Source: Candidatus Oxydemutator sp. (lineage in GTDB: Bacteria; Pseudomonadota; Gammaproteobacteria; Poriferisulfidales; Oxydemutatoraceae). From it: a stretch of DNA of 64,000 nucleotides. The notes under the pieces are model-generated. The model did not search any database, had not been told where the DNA came from, and saw nothing but the letters and a program-made list of their open reading frames with translations. Below, piece after piece: positions 50,348 to 59,812 of this stretch. The DNA lies in the NCBI GenBank assembly GCA_965203445.1, contig OZ241883.1:1504001-1568000 (forward strand), given 5' to 3'. Every line of letters starts with the position of its first letter. Position 1 is the stretch's first letter. The position numbers were made by a program, and so were the translations under genes.

Positions 50348-51078
50348 CGTCGAATCGCGCGCTGCCCGCGGGCCGGCCCTGGCCGTCGCTGCTGCCGCTG
50401 TTGTTGTTGGTAGGGTGCGTCGCAAGCGCCTGCCGCCCGGAGGCGCCGCGCGGTTATTTCCCGCTCAACGAAGGGCTGGCCTGGAGTTACAAGGTCACGA
50501 AGACGACGCCCTACAAACGCGACGTAAGCGCGTTGCGAATCGAAAACCTCGGCACGCGGCGCGTCGACGGCGAACTCCACCACGTGCGCAAGACCGACAG
50601 CGGCAATTTCTATTACCTGCAACGAATAGACGAGGGCATCGTGCGCACGACCAAGCGCACCCTGATCGAGAAACGCCCGCGGCGCGTCGCGTATGATCGC
50701 TTCGTGCTGAAGTATCCGCTTGCGCCCGGCACGCGCTGGTCGTACCCGGTCAAGCCGTATCTGCTGGCGCGCCCGTTCCCCGAGGAAGTCGAGCTGAAGC
50801 GCGCGTTCGACTACGAGATGGATTGGCGCATCGTCGCCGACGGCGACACCGTCGAGGTGCCGGCGGGGCGCTTCGAGCGCTGCCTGCACGTGCGCGGCGA
50901 GGCGCGCGTAGAGGTCGCGCGCAGCCTGAGCATCGCCCGCGATACGGTCACGTTCAGGACCGATGAGTGGTATGCTCCGGACGTCGGCCTGGTATTGTTG
51001 GAACACGCCGAGATCGTGGATTCCAACCAGGCCTACGGGGGTTCCATCACGATGAGTCTGACCGGGTTTTCCCATTGA
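50344..51078 (+). CDS. Hypothetical lipoprotein (YFPL..G..W.Y / V.VPAG.F..C / WYAP.VG family)
   Basis: Signal peptide with Cys; beta-rich mature region. Confidence 0.75.
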   Translation: MTSNRALPAGRPWPSLLPLLLLVGCVASACRPEAPRGYFPLNEGLAWSYKVTKTTPYKRDVSALRIENLGTRRVDGELHHVRKTDSGNFYYLQRIDEGIVRTTKRTLIEKRPRRVAYDRFVLKYPLAPGTRWSYPVKPYLLARPFPEEVELKRAFDYEMDWRIVADGDTVEVPAGRFERCLHVRGEARVEVARSLSIARDTVTFRTDEWYAPDVGLVLLEHAEIVDSNQAYGGSITMSLTGFSH

Positions 51079-51857
51079 TGCGCCCACTGATGCGCCCATT
51101 GACGCGCCCACTGACGCGCATGGCGGCGCACAAGTTCGCACCGAAGGCGCGCGCGTGGTCGCAGGCGGCGTTGGCGGCCGCGCTTGCGGCCGGTTGCGCG
51201 TCGGAGATGACCGTCGAGCAGGCGCAACAACGCCTGGCGGCGTCGTTTCCGAACGTCCGCGTCGAGCGCGTGCAACCGTCGCCGATGTCCGGAGTCTATG
51301 AGGTCGTAGCCGACGGCAGCGTCTATTACCTGACGCACGACGGCGCCTTCCTGCTTACGGGCACGCTGTATGACCTTACCGCCAACGTCAACCTGACCGA
51401 GCGCTCGAAGAACGAGCTGCGCAGCGCCGCCGCGCGCCGCGTCAGCGCCGACGACGTCATCACCTACGCCCCGACCACCGGGCGTTACACGGTCACCGTG
51501 TTCAGCGACGTCGACTGCCCGTATTGCCGCAAGTTTCACGCCCAGATGGAGCGCGTACACGCGCTCGGCATTCGCGTCCGTTATCTGCTGGCGCCGTATC
51601 GCGGCCAACGGGCGCACCGCAACGCCGTCGCGGTATGGTGTTCCGCCGACCGTCGCGCCGCGTTTGACCGCGCCAAGCAGGGTGTCGCGGTCGCCGCCGA
51701 AGACTGCGACCATCCGGTGGATCGCAACCTGCGCCTGGCCGAGACGCTCGGCGTGCGCGGCACGCCCGCTTTCCTGCTCGAGAACGGCGAGCTGCTGAAC
51801 GGCTATCGCACCCCCGAAAATCTGCTCGAGGAAGTCAAGCGCGCCGCCGCGCGTTGA
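51078..51857 (+). CDS. dsbC: DsbC-family thiol:disulfide isomerase (alternative start 51120)
   Basis: SP..G.YEV dimerisation domain, FSDVDCPYCRK, VWC, GVRGTP, GY. Confidence 0.88.
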   Translation: MRPLMRPLTRPLTRMAAHKFAPKARAWSQAALAAALAAGCASEMTVEQAQQRLAASFPNVRVERVQPSPMSGVYEVVADGSVYYLTHDGAFLLTGTLYDLTANVNLTERSKNELRSAAARRVSADDVITYAPTTGRYTVTVFSDVDCPYCRKFHAQMERVHALGIRVRYLLAPYRGQRAHRNAVAVWCSADRRAAFDRAKQGVAVAAEDCDHPVDRNLRLAETLGVRGTPAFLLENGELLNGYRTPENLLEEVKRAAAR

Positions 51858-51892
51858 CGCGGCGCGGCGCGAGGAGCCTCCGCGGGTATTCG

Positions 51893-53467
51893 TCAGTCGC
51901 CGGGTGCGCGCGCCCCTTCCCTCGGGGCCGCCCATTGCTTGTATTTCTCCGCCAGGCCGTGCGTCGAGGCGTCGCCCGCAACAAAGCCGCCTTCCAGCCG
52001 GCCGAAAATTTCGCGCGCCAGGTTCTTGCCCGCCTCGACCCCCGGTTGATCGAACGGGTTGACGTTCCACACGACGCTTGCGGTGAACACCTTGTGCTCG
52101 TAGAGCGCGATCAGCGCGCCCATGGCGCGCGGCGTCAGGCGGCGCAACACGATCGCGTTGCTCGGACGGTTGCCGGCGTGGCGGCGCCATGCCTCGCGTT
52201 CCCCCACGCCCTGCATCAGAAGCCGCGATTGCGCCAGCAGATTGGCCCACGGCCACGCGCCGGCGTCGGCGCTGATGATGAAGTCCACCGGCACCAGGCG
52301 CGTGCCCTGGTGCAGCAGCTGGTAGAACGCGTGTTGGCCCTCGAGCGCGTCGCCGCCCCAGGTGACCGGCGCGCTGTCGACGGTCAGCGCGCGCCCTTCG
52401 CGGTCGGTGGACTTGCCGTTGCTCTCCATCTCCAGCTGCTGCAAATAAGCCGGCAGCAGCGCCAGTCGGCGCTCGTAGGGAAGCACCGCGCGGCTTTGCG
52501 CGCCGTGAAAATTGACGTACCAGACGTCGAGCAACGCCAGAATCGCCGGCATGTTCGACTCCAGGGGTCGGCGCGCGAAATGCAGGTCCACGTGGTGGGC
52601 GCCGTCCAACAGTTCCTCGAAGGCGTCCATGCCGGCGTGGATCGCAAACGGCAGGCCGGCGGCGGCGCACAGCGAGTACCTGCCGCCGACCGACGGCGGG
52701 ATCGGCAGGTGACATTCGCGCGCGACGCCGAGGCGCGCGACCGCGTCGGCGTTCGCCGAGACCGCGATGAAGTGGCGGCGACGGTCGGTGTTCCCCAACC
52801 ACGCGGCGGCGCGCTCGGCGGCGCCGCGCGTCTCGTGGGTCGTGAACGACTTCGAGATGACGACGAACAACGTGCGCTCGCGGTCGAGCGACGCCAGCAG
52901 GCGTTCCATTTCGTCGCCCGGCGTCGTTACGAAATGCACGCGCGGCGCGCCGCCTCCGGCGAACGCGCGGCACGTCATGCAGGCTCCCAGATGCGAACCT
53001 CCGATGCCGATGCTTACGACGTCGCGCACCGCCTTGCCGGCGGCGCCGCGCCACGCGCCGGCGCGCAGCGCGTCGCTGATCGCGCGCATGCGCGCGCGCA
53101 CGTCCTCGATTTCGCGCGCCACGTCAAGCCCGCCGCCCGCGGGCGGCGCCCCGGACGGACGCCGCAGCGCGGTATGCAGCGCCGGGCGACGTTCGGTGCG
53201 GTTGACTTCGGCGCCCGAGAACAGTCGCTCGCGCCAGTCGTCGAAACCGGCCTCGCGCGCCAGCGCAAAAAGCAGCCGCAGGGTGTCGGCGTTGATCCGG
53301 TTCTTCGAATAGTCGAGGAACAGATCGCGGCATTCGAGCGAGTAATTCTCGAAACGCCGTGCGTCGGCGGCGAACAGATCGTTTATATGGACCTTGCCCA
53401 GTTCGTCGCGATGCGCGCGCAGCGCGCGCCAACAATCGGCGACGTGCGCCGGCGCGTCATTGTTCAT
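51893..53467 (-). CDS. pgi: Glucose-6-phosphate isomerase
   Basis: DYSKN, IGIGGSHLG, SKSFTTHET, VGGRYS, QQLEMESNGK, QHAFYQLLHQG, FDQPGVEAGK. Confidence 0.95.
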   Translation of the reverse strand: MNNDAPAHVADCWRALRAHRDELGKVHINDLFAADARRFENYSLECRDLFLDYSKNRINADTLRLLFALAREAGFDDWRERLFSGAEVNRTERRPALHTALRRPSGAPPAGGGLDVAREIEDVRARMRAISDALRAGAWRGAAGKAVRDVVSIGIGGSHLGACMTCRAFAGGGAPRVHFVTTPGDEMERLLASLDRERTLFVVISKSFTTHETRGAAERAAAWLGNTDRRRHFIAVSANADAVARLGVARECHLPIPPSVGGRYSLCAAAGLPFAIHAGMDAFEELLDGAHHVDLHFARRPLESNMPAILALLDVWYVNFHGAQSRAVLPYERRLALLPAYLQQLEMESNGKSTDREGRALTVDSAPVTWGGDALEGQHAFYQLLHQGTRLVPVDFIISADAGAWPWANLLAQSRLLMQGVGEREAWRRHAGNRPSNAIVLRRLTPRAMGALIALYEHKVFTASVVWNVNPFDQPGVEAGKNLAREIFGRLEGGFVAGDASTHGLAEKYKQWAAPREGARAPGD

Positions 53468-53550
53468 GCGCTTGGCGGGGCTTATCCACTGTTTGGGGGA
53501 CGGTTGGCGCGCGGTTTGATAAAATAGCGCGCTTGCCATTGTACATTGCC

Positions 53551-56388
53551 ATGCGACCGGAACAAAACAAAGCCGATCGCCGCCTGCGCGCGCGCGTCAA
53601 ACTGCTGGGCAGCCTGCTGGGCGACGTCATCGAGGAGCAGAGCGGCGCGCCCGTATTCCGCGCGGTCGAGCACCTGCGGCGCGGCTTCGTGTCGCTCAAG
53701 AGAAGCGAGAACGACGAGAAGCGCCGCCGCCTGCTGCGCTACATAGACAAACTCGACCTGGCGACGGTCGGGCAGGTGATACGGGCGTTTTCCATTTACT
53801 TCAGCCTGGTCAACGTGGCCGAGGAAATCGCGCGTCACCAGCGCTTCAGCCACGCGATGCGCGACCGCGAAAAGAGGCGCAAGGACGGCTCGCTCGAGGG
53901 CGCGCTGGCGACGCTCAAGGAAAACGAAATCGGCGCCGAGGACGTCGCCAAACTGTTCGCCAAACTCTGCTACATACCGGTGTTCACCGCGCACCCGACC
54001 GAGGCCAAGCGGCGCACGATACTGCAACTGCAAAAGCGCATACTGCACACGCTGCTCGAACACGAGACGGCCAGGGATACCGCGACCAAGACGCGCGTCA
54101 CTGAAAAACTGAAGGATCAGATCCAAATCCTGTGGAAGACCGACGAGATGCGGCTTAACAAGCCGACGGTCGAGGCCGAGGTCATCAACGGTCTGCACTA
54201 TTTCAAGACCTCGCTGTTCGAGGCGGTGCCGCGCACCTACCGCAATCTCGAGAGGGCCGCGGCCGAAATCTATCCCGGCGACGACGTCAAGGTGCCCAGT
54301 TTTATCCGCTTCGGTTCGTGGATCGGCGGCGACCGCGACGGCAATCCCTACGTGACGCCCGCGATCACGCGCAAGGCGGTGCAGTTGCAGACGGCGACCA
54401 TGCTCGAGGAGTACGCGGCGCGCCTCGAGGAGCTGATCGGCGTGCTGACCCACTCGAACAGCCTGGCGACGCCGTCGGAGAACTTTATCCTGCTGCAGGA
54501 GAGAGACCGCAATATCGCGCGCGCCACCTTCGCCGACGCCGCCACCGACTTCATGAAGGAACCGTACCGCAGGAAACTCGCGGTCATGCGCTACCGGTTG
54601 TGCGCGCGGCTGGCCGCGTTGGGCGACGGCGCGCCTTCGCCGACGCGAGGGGAACACGCCTACCGCGACGCCGGCGAGTTTCTCGAAGACTTGCGTTCGA
54701 TAGACGAATCGCTGCGCCACCACGGCGACGACCGCATCGCCGACGCCGAACTGAAGGACCTGGTGCGTCTGGTCGAGACCTTCGGTTTTCACCTGGCGCG
54801 GCTCGACGTGCGCGAGGAATCGAGCCGCCACGAGCTGGCCGTAGCCGCGATCGCGCGCCAGTGGGGGTGCGCCGACTACGCCGCTCTGGGGCCCGAGGGC
54901 CAAGCCGCCTTCCTGACCGAGAAGCTTACGGCGCGGACGCTGCCGCCGCTCGACCGCAAAAAGCTCGGCGACGACGCGAGCCGCGTGCTCGACGTGTTTC
55001 ACTGCATAGCCGAGGTGCAGCGGCAATTCGGTCGCGGTGCGATTGGCAGCTACGTGATCTCGATGACGCACGACGCCAGCGACGTACTAGAGGTGATGCT
55101 GCTCGGCAAACTGGCCGGGCTTGTCGGCCAAGACGCCGACGGCGGCGTGATCTGCCGCCTGCGACCGTCGCCGCTGTTCGAGACGATAGACGATCTCGCG
55201 CGCGTCAAGCAGACCCTGGAAGACCTGTTCGGCAACCCCGCCTACAAGGCCTTGTTGCAGGCCTCCGGCAGCATCCAGGAAATCATGCTCGGCTACTCGG
55301 ACTCGTGCAAGGACGGCGGCATCCTGGCCTCGATCTGGGGACTGTACGAGGCCCAGAAGAGCATCACCGCGATGGCCGTCAAGCACAACGTCGTGTGCCG
55401 CCTGTTCCACGGGCGCGGCGGCACCGTCGGGCGCGGCGGCGGCCCGACCTACCGCGCGATCACGTCGCAGCCGCCAGGCACCGTCGGCGGCCAGATAAAA
55501 ATCACCGAACAGGGGGAGGTGCTGTCGTTCAAGTACAGCAACGTCGACACCGCGATCTATGAACTTTCGACCTCGGTGTCCGGCCTGATAGAGGCCAGCC
55601 GCCACCTGGCGATGACGCGCCGCCTGAGCCTCGAGTCGAAGCCCAAGGACGAGCGCGAGAACCTGAAGGCGATGAAGGAACTGGCGCGCTTGGGCGAGCG
55701 CAGTTACCGCGCGCTGATAGACGAGACCGACGGCCTGCTCGATTATTTCTACGAGGCCACACCGGTCGTCGAGATCGGCGAGATGAGCATCGGTTCGCGC
55801 CCGACGCACCGCCGCGGCAGCGACCGCTCGCGCCAGTCCATCCGCGCGATACCGTGGGTGTTCGGGTGGTCGCTGTCGCGCCACACGCTGCCGGCGTGGT
55901 ACGGTCTCGGCAGCGCGCTCGAAACCTACGCCGCCGAGGCCGCCGGCGGCCTTCGGAAACTACAGTCGCTCTACGACGAATGGCCGTTTTTTCACAACCT
56001 GATCGAGAACCTGCACATGGCGCTGTCCAAGGCCAACATGGCGACCGCGCGCGAATACGCCAGACTGTGCGACGACGCCGACGGCGCCGACGCGATTTTC
56101 CGCCGCATAGAGGACGAATACCGCAGGACCGTGGACTACGTGCTGAAAATCAGCCGCTGCGGGCAACTGCTCGAACACCAGCAGGCGTTGATGCTGTCGC
56201 TGCAACGCAGGGAACCGTATCTGGATCCGTTGAACTACATCCAGCTGTCGTTGATCCGGCGTTTTCGACCGGACTACCTGGGGCGGCGGCGCGACGAGGC
56301 CGAGGCCGTGCCGATGGAAGATGAGCACTTGGCGCTGGTGTTGCGTTCGATCAGCGCGATCGCGACCGGTATGCGCAACACCGGCTGA
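53551..56388 (+). CDS. ppc: Phosphoenolpyruvate carboxylase
   Basis: VFTAHPTE, WIGGDRDGNP, PLFET, MLGYSDS.KDGG, FHGRGG, RAIPW, GMRNTG. Confidence 0.97.
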   Translation: MRPEQNKADRRLRARVKLLGSLLGDVIEEQSGAPVFRAVEHLRRGFVSLKRSENDEKRRRLLRYIDKLDLATVGQVIRAFSIYFSLVNVAEEIARHQRFSHAMRDREKRRKDGSLEGALATLKENEIGAEDVAKLFAKLCYIPVFTAHPTEAKRRTILQLQKRILHTLLEHETARDTATKTRVTEKLKDQIQILWKTDEMRLNKPTVEAEVINGLHYFKTSLFEAVPRTYRNLERAAAEIYPGDDVKVPSFIRFGSWIGGDRDGNPYVTPAITRKAVQLQTATMLEEYAARLEELIGVLTHSNSLATPSENFILLQERDRNIARATFADAATDFMKEPYRRKLAVMRYRLCARLAALGDGAPSPTRGEHAYRDAGEFLEDLRSIDESLRHHGDDRIADAELKDLVRLVETFGFHLARLDVREESSRHELAVAAIARQWGCADYAALGPEGQAAFLTEKLTARTLPPLDRKKLGDDASRVLDVFHCIAEVQRQFGRGAIGSYVISMTHDASDVLEVMLLGKLAGLVGQDADGGVICRLRPSPLFETIDDLARVKQTLEDLFGNPAYKALLQASGSIQEIMLGYSDSCKDGGILASIWGLYEAQKSITAMAVKHNVVCRLFHGRGGTVGRGGGPTYRAITSQPPGTVGGQIKITEQGEVLSFKYSNVDTAIYELSTSVSGLIEASRHLAMTRRLSLESKPKDERENLKAMKELARLGERSYRALIDETDGLLDYFYEATPVVEIGEMSIGSRPTHRRGSDRSRQSIRAIPWVFGWSLSRHTLPAWYGLGSALETYAAEAAGGLRKLQSLYDEWPFFHNLIENLHMALSKANMATAREYARLCDDADGADAIFRRIEDEYRRTVDYVLKISRCGQLLEHQQALMLSLQRREPYLDPLNYIQLSLIRRFRPDYLGRRRDEAEAVPMEDEHLALVLRSISAIATGMRNTG

Positions 56389-56418
56389 CGCTCCGCGCGA
56401 ATCGCCGCCGGCGCCCCT

Positions 56419-57306
56419 TCAGTGCAGGCAGCGCGCGAGTTCGGCGCCTAAGTTTTCCATCATGTGGAAGTACAGATCGGGCCCGGGTTCGAGGCCGGCG
56501 CCGAGCACGTCGAGAACGCCGAACCCGACGCCGGTGTCTTCGGCCAACTCGCGCAGCACGTTCTTCATGCGTTCGGGAAACTGTGGTTCGTGGAACACGC
56601 AGACCGCGCCGGTATCGCGGATGGTTTCCTCGATCTCGTGCAGTTCCCGGATCGAGGCGCCGCCGTGCCCGTGCCCATGTCCGTGATCGTGCACGTCCGC
56701 CACTACGGTCGCCGCCAATTCGTAGCGATGTGCGAAGTAGAGGTAGGCGTCGTGGAGGACGACGAAGGGTTTGTCGCGCACCGCGGCCAGGCGTTCCCGC
56801 AGGCTCTGGTCAAGCGCTTCCAGGCGCGCGATCAACGCTTGTGCGTTGGCCTCGTACAGGGCGAGTTTCTGTGGCCACGCCTTGCCGAGTTCGCGCGCAA
56901 CGATGGAGGCGATGCTGGCGGCAAATCGCGGATCCGGCCATACGTGCGGATCGAAGCGGTAGTCTCCGGTTTCATCGCGCGGCGGCAGCACCTCGCGCGC
57001 AAGCGGGACTCGGCGCACCGACTCGGGCAGCGCCTTGAAAATCTTTCGCAGGTAGCTTTCGAGCGTCTCGTCCACGTAGAAGACGACGGCGGCGTCCTGC
57101 AACGCCTGCATCTGCGAGGGCTTCAGCCGCATGCCGTGCGGCGAATGCCGCGCGTCGGACAACAGCCGCACGTCCCCGTCGTCGCCCATCACGCCTTGCA
57201 CCAGCGAGTGCAGCGGTGCGATGGTCGCGACCACCGTCGCCGGGCGCGCGGCGGCCTGCGCCGCAAGCGACAACAAAGCGAATGCTATAATCATGCGTTT
57301 TGCCAT
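56419..57306 (-). CDS. znuA: Zinc ABC transporter substrate-binding protein
   Basis: TIAPLHSL, SPH, DPHVW, HDAY.YF, His-rich HDHGHGHGHG, C.F.EPQF; SD AAGGAG. Confidence 0.88.
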   Translation of the reverse strand: MAKRMIIAFALLSLAAQAAARPATVVATIAPLHSLVQGVMGDDGDVRLLSDARHSPHGMRLKPSQMQALQDAAVVFYVDETLESYLRKIFKALPESVRRVPLAREVLPPRDETGDYRFDPHVWPDPRFAASIASIVARELGKAWPQKLALYEANAQALIARLEALDQSLRERLAAVRDKPFVVLHDAYLYFAHRYELAATVVADVHDHGHGHGHGGASIRELHEIEETIRDTGAVCVFHEPQFPERMKNVLRELAEDTGVGFGVLDVLGAGLEPGPDLYFHMMENLGAELARCLH

Positions 57307-58051
57307 GTCTTCATCTCCTTCATCCTGTTCGTTGATCCGCGCCCGCAATATAAGCGTCAGGCACGGCGGTCGCACCCTGTTGCGCGACGTCTCGTTGCAG
57401 ATCGAGGAGCGCGATTTTATCACGATAGTCGGGCCGAACGGCGCCGGCAAGACGACGCTGCTCAAATGCCTGATGGGTTTCCTCGCGCCCGACGAAGGCG
57501 CGGTCGCGCGCGCGCCGAGATTGCGCATCGGTTACGTTCCGCAGCGCTTTGCCACCGACCCGGCGATGCCGCTGTCGGCGCGCCGCTTCCTGGCGTTGCG
57601 CAAACGCGCCGACGCGCGCGCGATTGCCGAAGTCGCCGCGGAGACCGCGGCCGGCGACGCGCTCGACAAGCCGATGCACGTGCTGTCCGGCGGCGAGTTG
57701 CAGCGCGTGTTGCTGGCGCGCGCGTTGCTCGGCGACCCGCAACTGCTGGTGCTCGACGAAGGCGCGCAAAATCTCGACGTCTCGGGCCAGCTGGCCTTCT
57801 ACAGGCTGCTCGAGCGCATTTACGACGAGCGTCGCCTGGCGATACTGATGGTGTCGCATGATCTGCACCTGGTGATGGCCTCGACGCGGCACGTAGTGTG
57901 CCTGTTTCACCACGTGTGTTGTTCGGGGCGCCCGCGCGAGGTCGCGCAGGACCCCGAGTTCATCTCGTTGTTCGGCGACGACGTGGCGAAGATGATGGCG
58001 GTCTATCACCACGAGCACGATCACGCCCACGACGACGAGCGCCGCGCCTGA
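57305..58051 (+). CDS. znuC: Zinc ABC transporter ATPase
   Basis: GPNGAGKTT, IGYVPQ, LSGGE.QR, SHDLHLVM, HVCCSG.P, His-rich tail. Confidence 0.92.
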   Translation: MSSSPSSCSLIRARNISVRHGGRTLLRDVSLQIEERDFITIVGPNGAGKTTLLKCLMGFLAPDEGAVARAPRLRIGYVPQRFATDPAMPLSARRFLALRKRADARAIAEVAAETAAGDALDKPMHVLSGGELQRVLLARALLGDPQLLVLDEGAQNLDVSGQLAFYRLLERIYDERRLAILMVSHDLHLVMASTRHVVCLFHHVCCSGRPREVAQDPEFISLFGDDVAKMMAVYHHEHDHAHDDERRA

Positions 58052-58056
58052 ACCCC

Positions 58057-58857
58057 GTGCTTGAACCATTCGTGTTGCGCGCGATCACGGCCGGCGTCGG
58101 CGTCGCGCTGATCGCCGGCGTGCTCGGCTGCTTCGTCGTGTGGCGGCGCATGGCCTACTTCGGCGACTCACTCGCGCACAGCGGGCTGCTCGGCGTCGCG
58201 CTCGGGCTGCTCTACGGCTTCAGCGTCAACCTCGGCGTCGTCGTCGTCTGTTCGGGGTTTGCGGTGCTGCTGGCGTGGATGCAGCACGCGCGCGTGCTTG
58301 CGACCGACACGCTGCTCGGAATCCTGGCGCACGCGGCGCTCTCGATCGGCGTCGTCACCGTCAGTTTTGCCGAAGGCCCGCACCTGGACCTGCACGGCTA
58401 CCTGTTCGGCGACATCTTGAGCGTGACGCCGCATGATCTTTACTGGATATATGGCGGCGGCGCGCTGGTGCTCATCGGCCTGTTCGCCAACTGGTCGTCG
58501 TTGACGCTGATGACGGTGCACGAGGACCTGGCGCGCGCCGAGGGCGTCAACACCCTGGCCATGAATCTGCTGTTGATGTTTTCGATGACCATAGTCGTCG
58601 CCGTGCTGCTGCGCATCGTCGGTATTCTGTTGATCACCTCGATGCTGATCATCCCGGCGGCGGCGGCGCGCCAACTGGTGTCCTCGCCGGGCGCGATGGC
58701 GACCGTGGCCGCGACCTTGGGCGTGATCGCGGTCGCCATGGGCATCTTCGGTTCGATACATTTCGACACGCCGTCCGGCCCGTCCATCGTGGTCGCCGCG
58801 GTGCTGCTGTTTGCATTGTTGTTCCCGCCGTCGCTGTGGCGCGCGCGCCGCCGCTGA
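58057..58857 (+). CDS. znuB: Zinc ABC transporter permease
   Basis: WRRMAYFGDSLAH, DTLLGILAH, YLFGDIL, VGILLITSMLIIP, DTPSGPSIV. Confidence 0.94.
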   Translation: MLEPFVLRAITAGVGVALIAGVLGCFVVWRRMAYFGDSLAHSGLLGVALGLLYGFSVNLGVVVVCSGFAVLLAWMQHARVLATDTLLGILAHAALSIGVVTVSFAEGPHLDLHGYLFGDILSVTPHDLYWIYGGGALVLIGLFANWSSLTLMTVHEDLARAEGVNTLAMNLLLMFSMTIVVAVLLRIVGILLITSMLIIPAAAARQLVSSPGAMATVAATLGVIAVAMGIFGSIHFDTPSGPSIVVAAVLLFALLFPPSLWRARRR

Positions 58858-59042
58858 CGGAGTCGGGTTTGCCATCAGACTTCCGCCTCGGGATGAGGGA
58901 AAGAGGCAGAATAACGGAGCGGGTTTGTATAAGACCAGAAACGTACCGGACAATGTCTTAGCCACAAAAAGACAGCCGACGTGAAAAACCCCCTGCGACC
59001 CTCTCCCTCTATAAGAGAGGGTGGGCCGAAAACCTTTGTTGG

Positions 59043-59242
59043 TTAACGTACCAGGATTGTTCGGCGGCGACCGTGGTTCTTTATTATGAAGTGGCGGTCT
59101 TGGGACAGGACTTCGGCGTCGTGGTTGAGGTCGGCGTCGGCTTTGTAGTTGCCGGACTCGTTCGGGGTGCGGTAGTGGGCGGGGGTCAGGGGGATCAGGT
59201 TGGTTGTGCGTATCAGGGCGTAGTCTTGTGCGTCTATGGTGC
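59043..59242 (-). pseudogene. Orphan 3' fragment paralogous to the dockerin-like C-terminus of the surface protein at 62441
   Basis: Manual translation TIDAQDYALIRTTNL...NYKADADLNHDAEVLSQDRHFIIKNHG aligns without gaps, 29/57 identical; no start codon; abuts the IS-like end at 59243. Confidence 0.82.
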
Positions 59243-59273
59243 TGAACCGCCCCGTGTTTTTCGGAGACTTCCA
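59243..59273 (+). mobile_element. Solo IS3-family-like terminal repeat (copy 2)
   Basis: TGAACCGCCCCGTGTTTTTCGGAGACTTCCA; no adjacent transposase. Confidence 0.7.
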
Positions 59274-59293
59274 TAATGAGGGAGAATAGCGGC

Positions 59294-59779
59294 ATGAAAA
59301 ACTTTGCCATCGGCCTGCTGGCCGGCATCATCATCGGCGGCGTCGGCGGCTTTGCCGCCGGCATCTTCGTCTTTCCGTACCTGTTCCCACCGCCGCCGGT
59401 TCACGAGACCGTGGCGAACGAGGAACACCGGCGGGTCGTCGCCAAGGGCAGCTTCATCCACGCCGATCCGTCCGATCCGGTGCACTATGGAAGCGGTGGG
59501 GTAACGGTGTACGATGACCTGCTGCACCTGGAGGACGATTTTCGCGTGGGCCCCGGGCCCAAATACCATGTCTATCTGGTGCCGCAGGAAGACGTCACTC
59601 CGAACACCAGGGTGGAGCAGACGATGTTCGTCGACCTCGGGCGCTTGAAGGCCTTTTCCGGCGGCCAGAACTACGCGGTGCCGGCCGGCACCGACGTGGC
59701 CAATTACCGCTCGGTGGTCATCTGGTGCGAGCAGTTCGACGTGCTGATCTCGCCCGCGGTGCTCGATTTCTCGCGGTAG
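59294..59779 (+). CDS. Membrane-anchored DM13 domain protein
   Basis: N-terminal TM helix, H.GSG, F.VGPGPKYHVYL, DLGRLKAFSG.QNY, SVVIWCEQF. Confidence 0.85.
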   Translation: MKNFAIGLLAGIIIGGVGGFAAGIFVFPYLFPPPPVHETVANEEHRRVVAKGSFIHADPSDPVHYGSGGVTVYDDLLHLEDDFRVGPGPKYHVYLVPQEDVTPNTRVEQTMFVDLGRLKAFSGGQNYAVPAGTDVANYRSVVIWCEQFDVLISPAVLDFSR

Positions 59780-59812
59780 CCGCGGGCGGATTGTTTGCGG
59801 CGCCTTTGCGGG

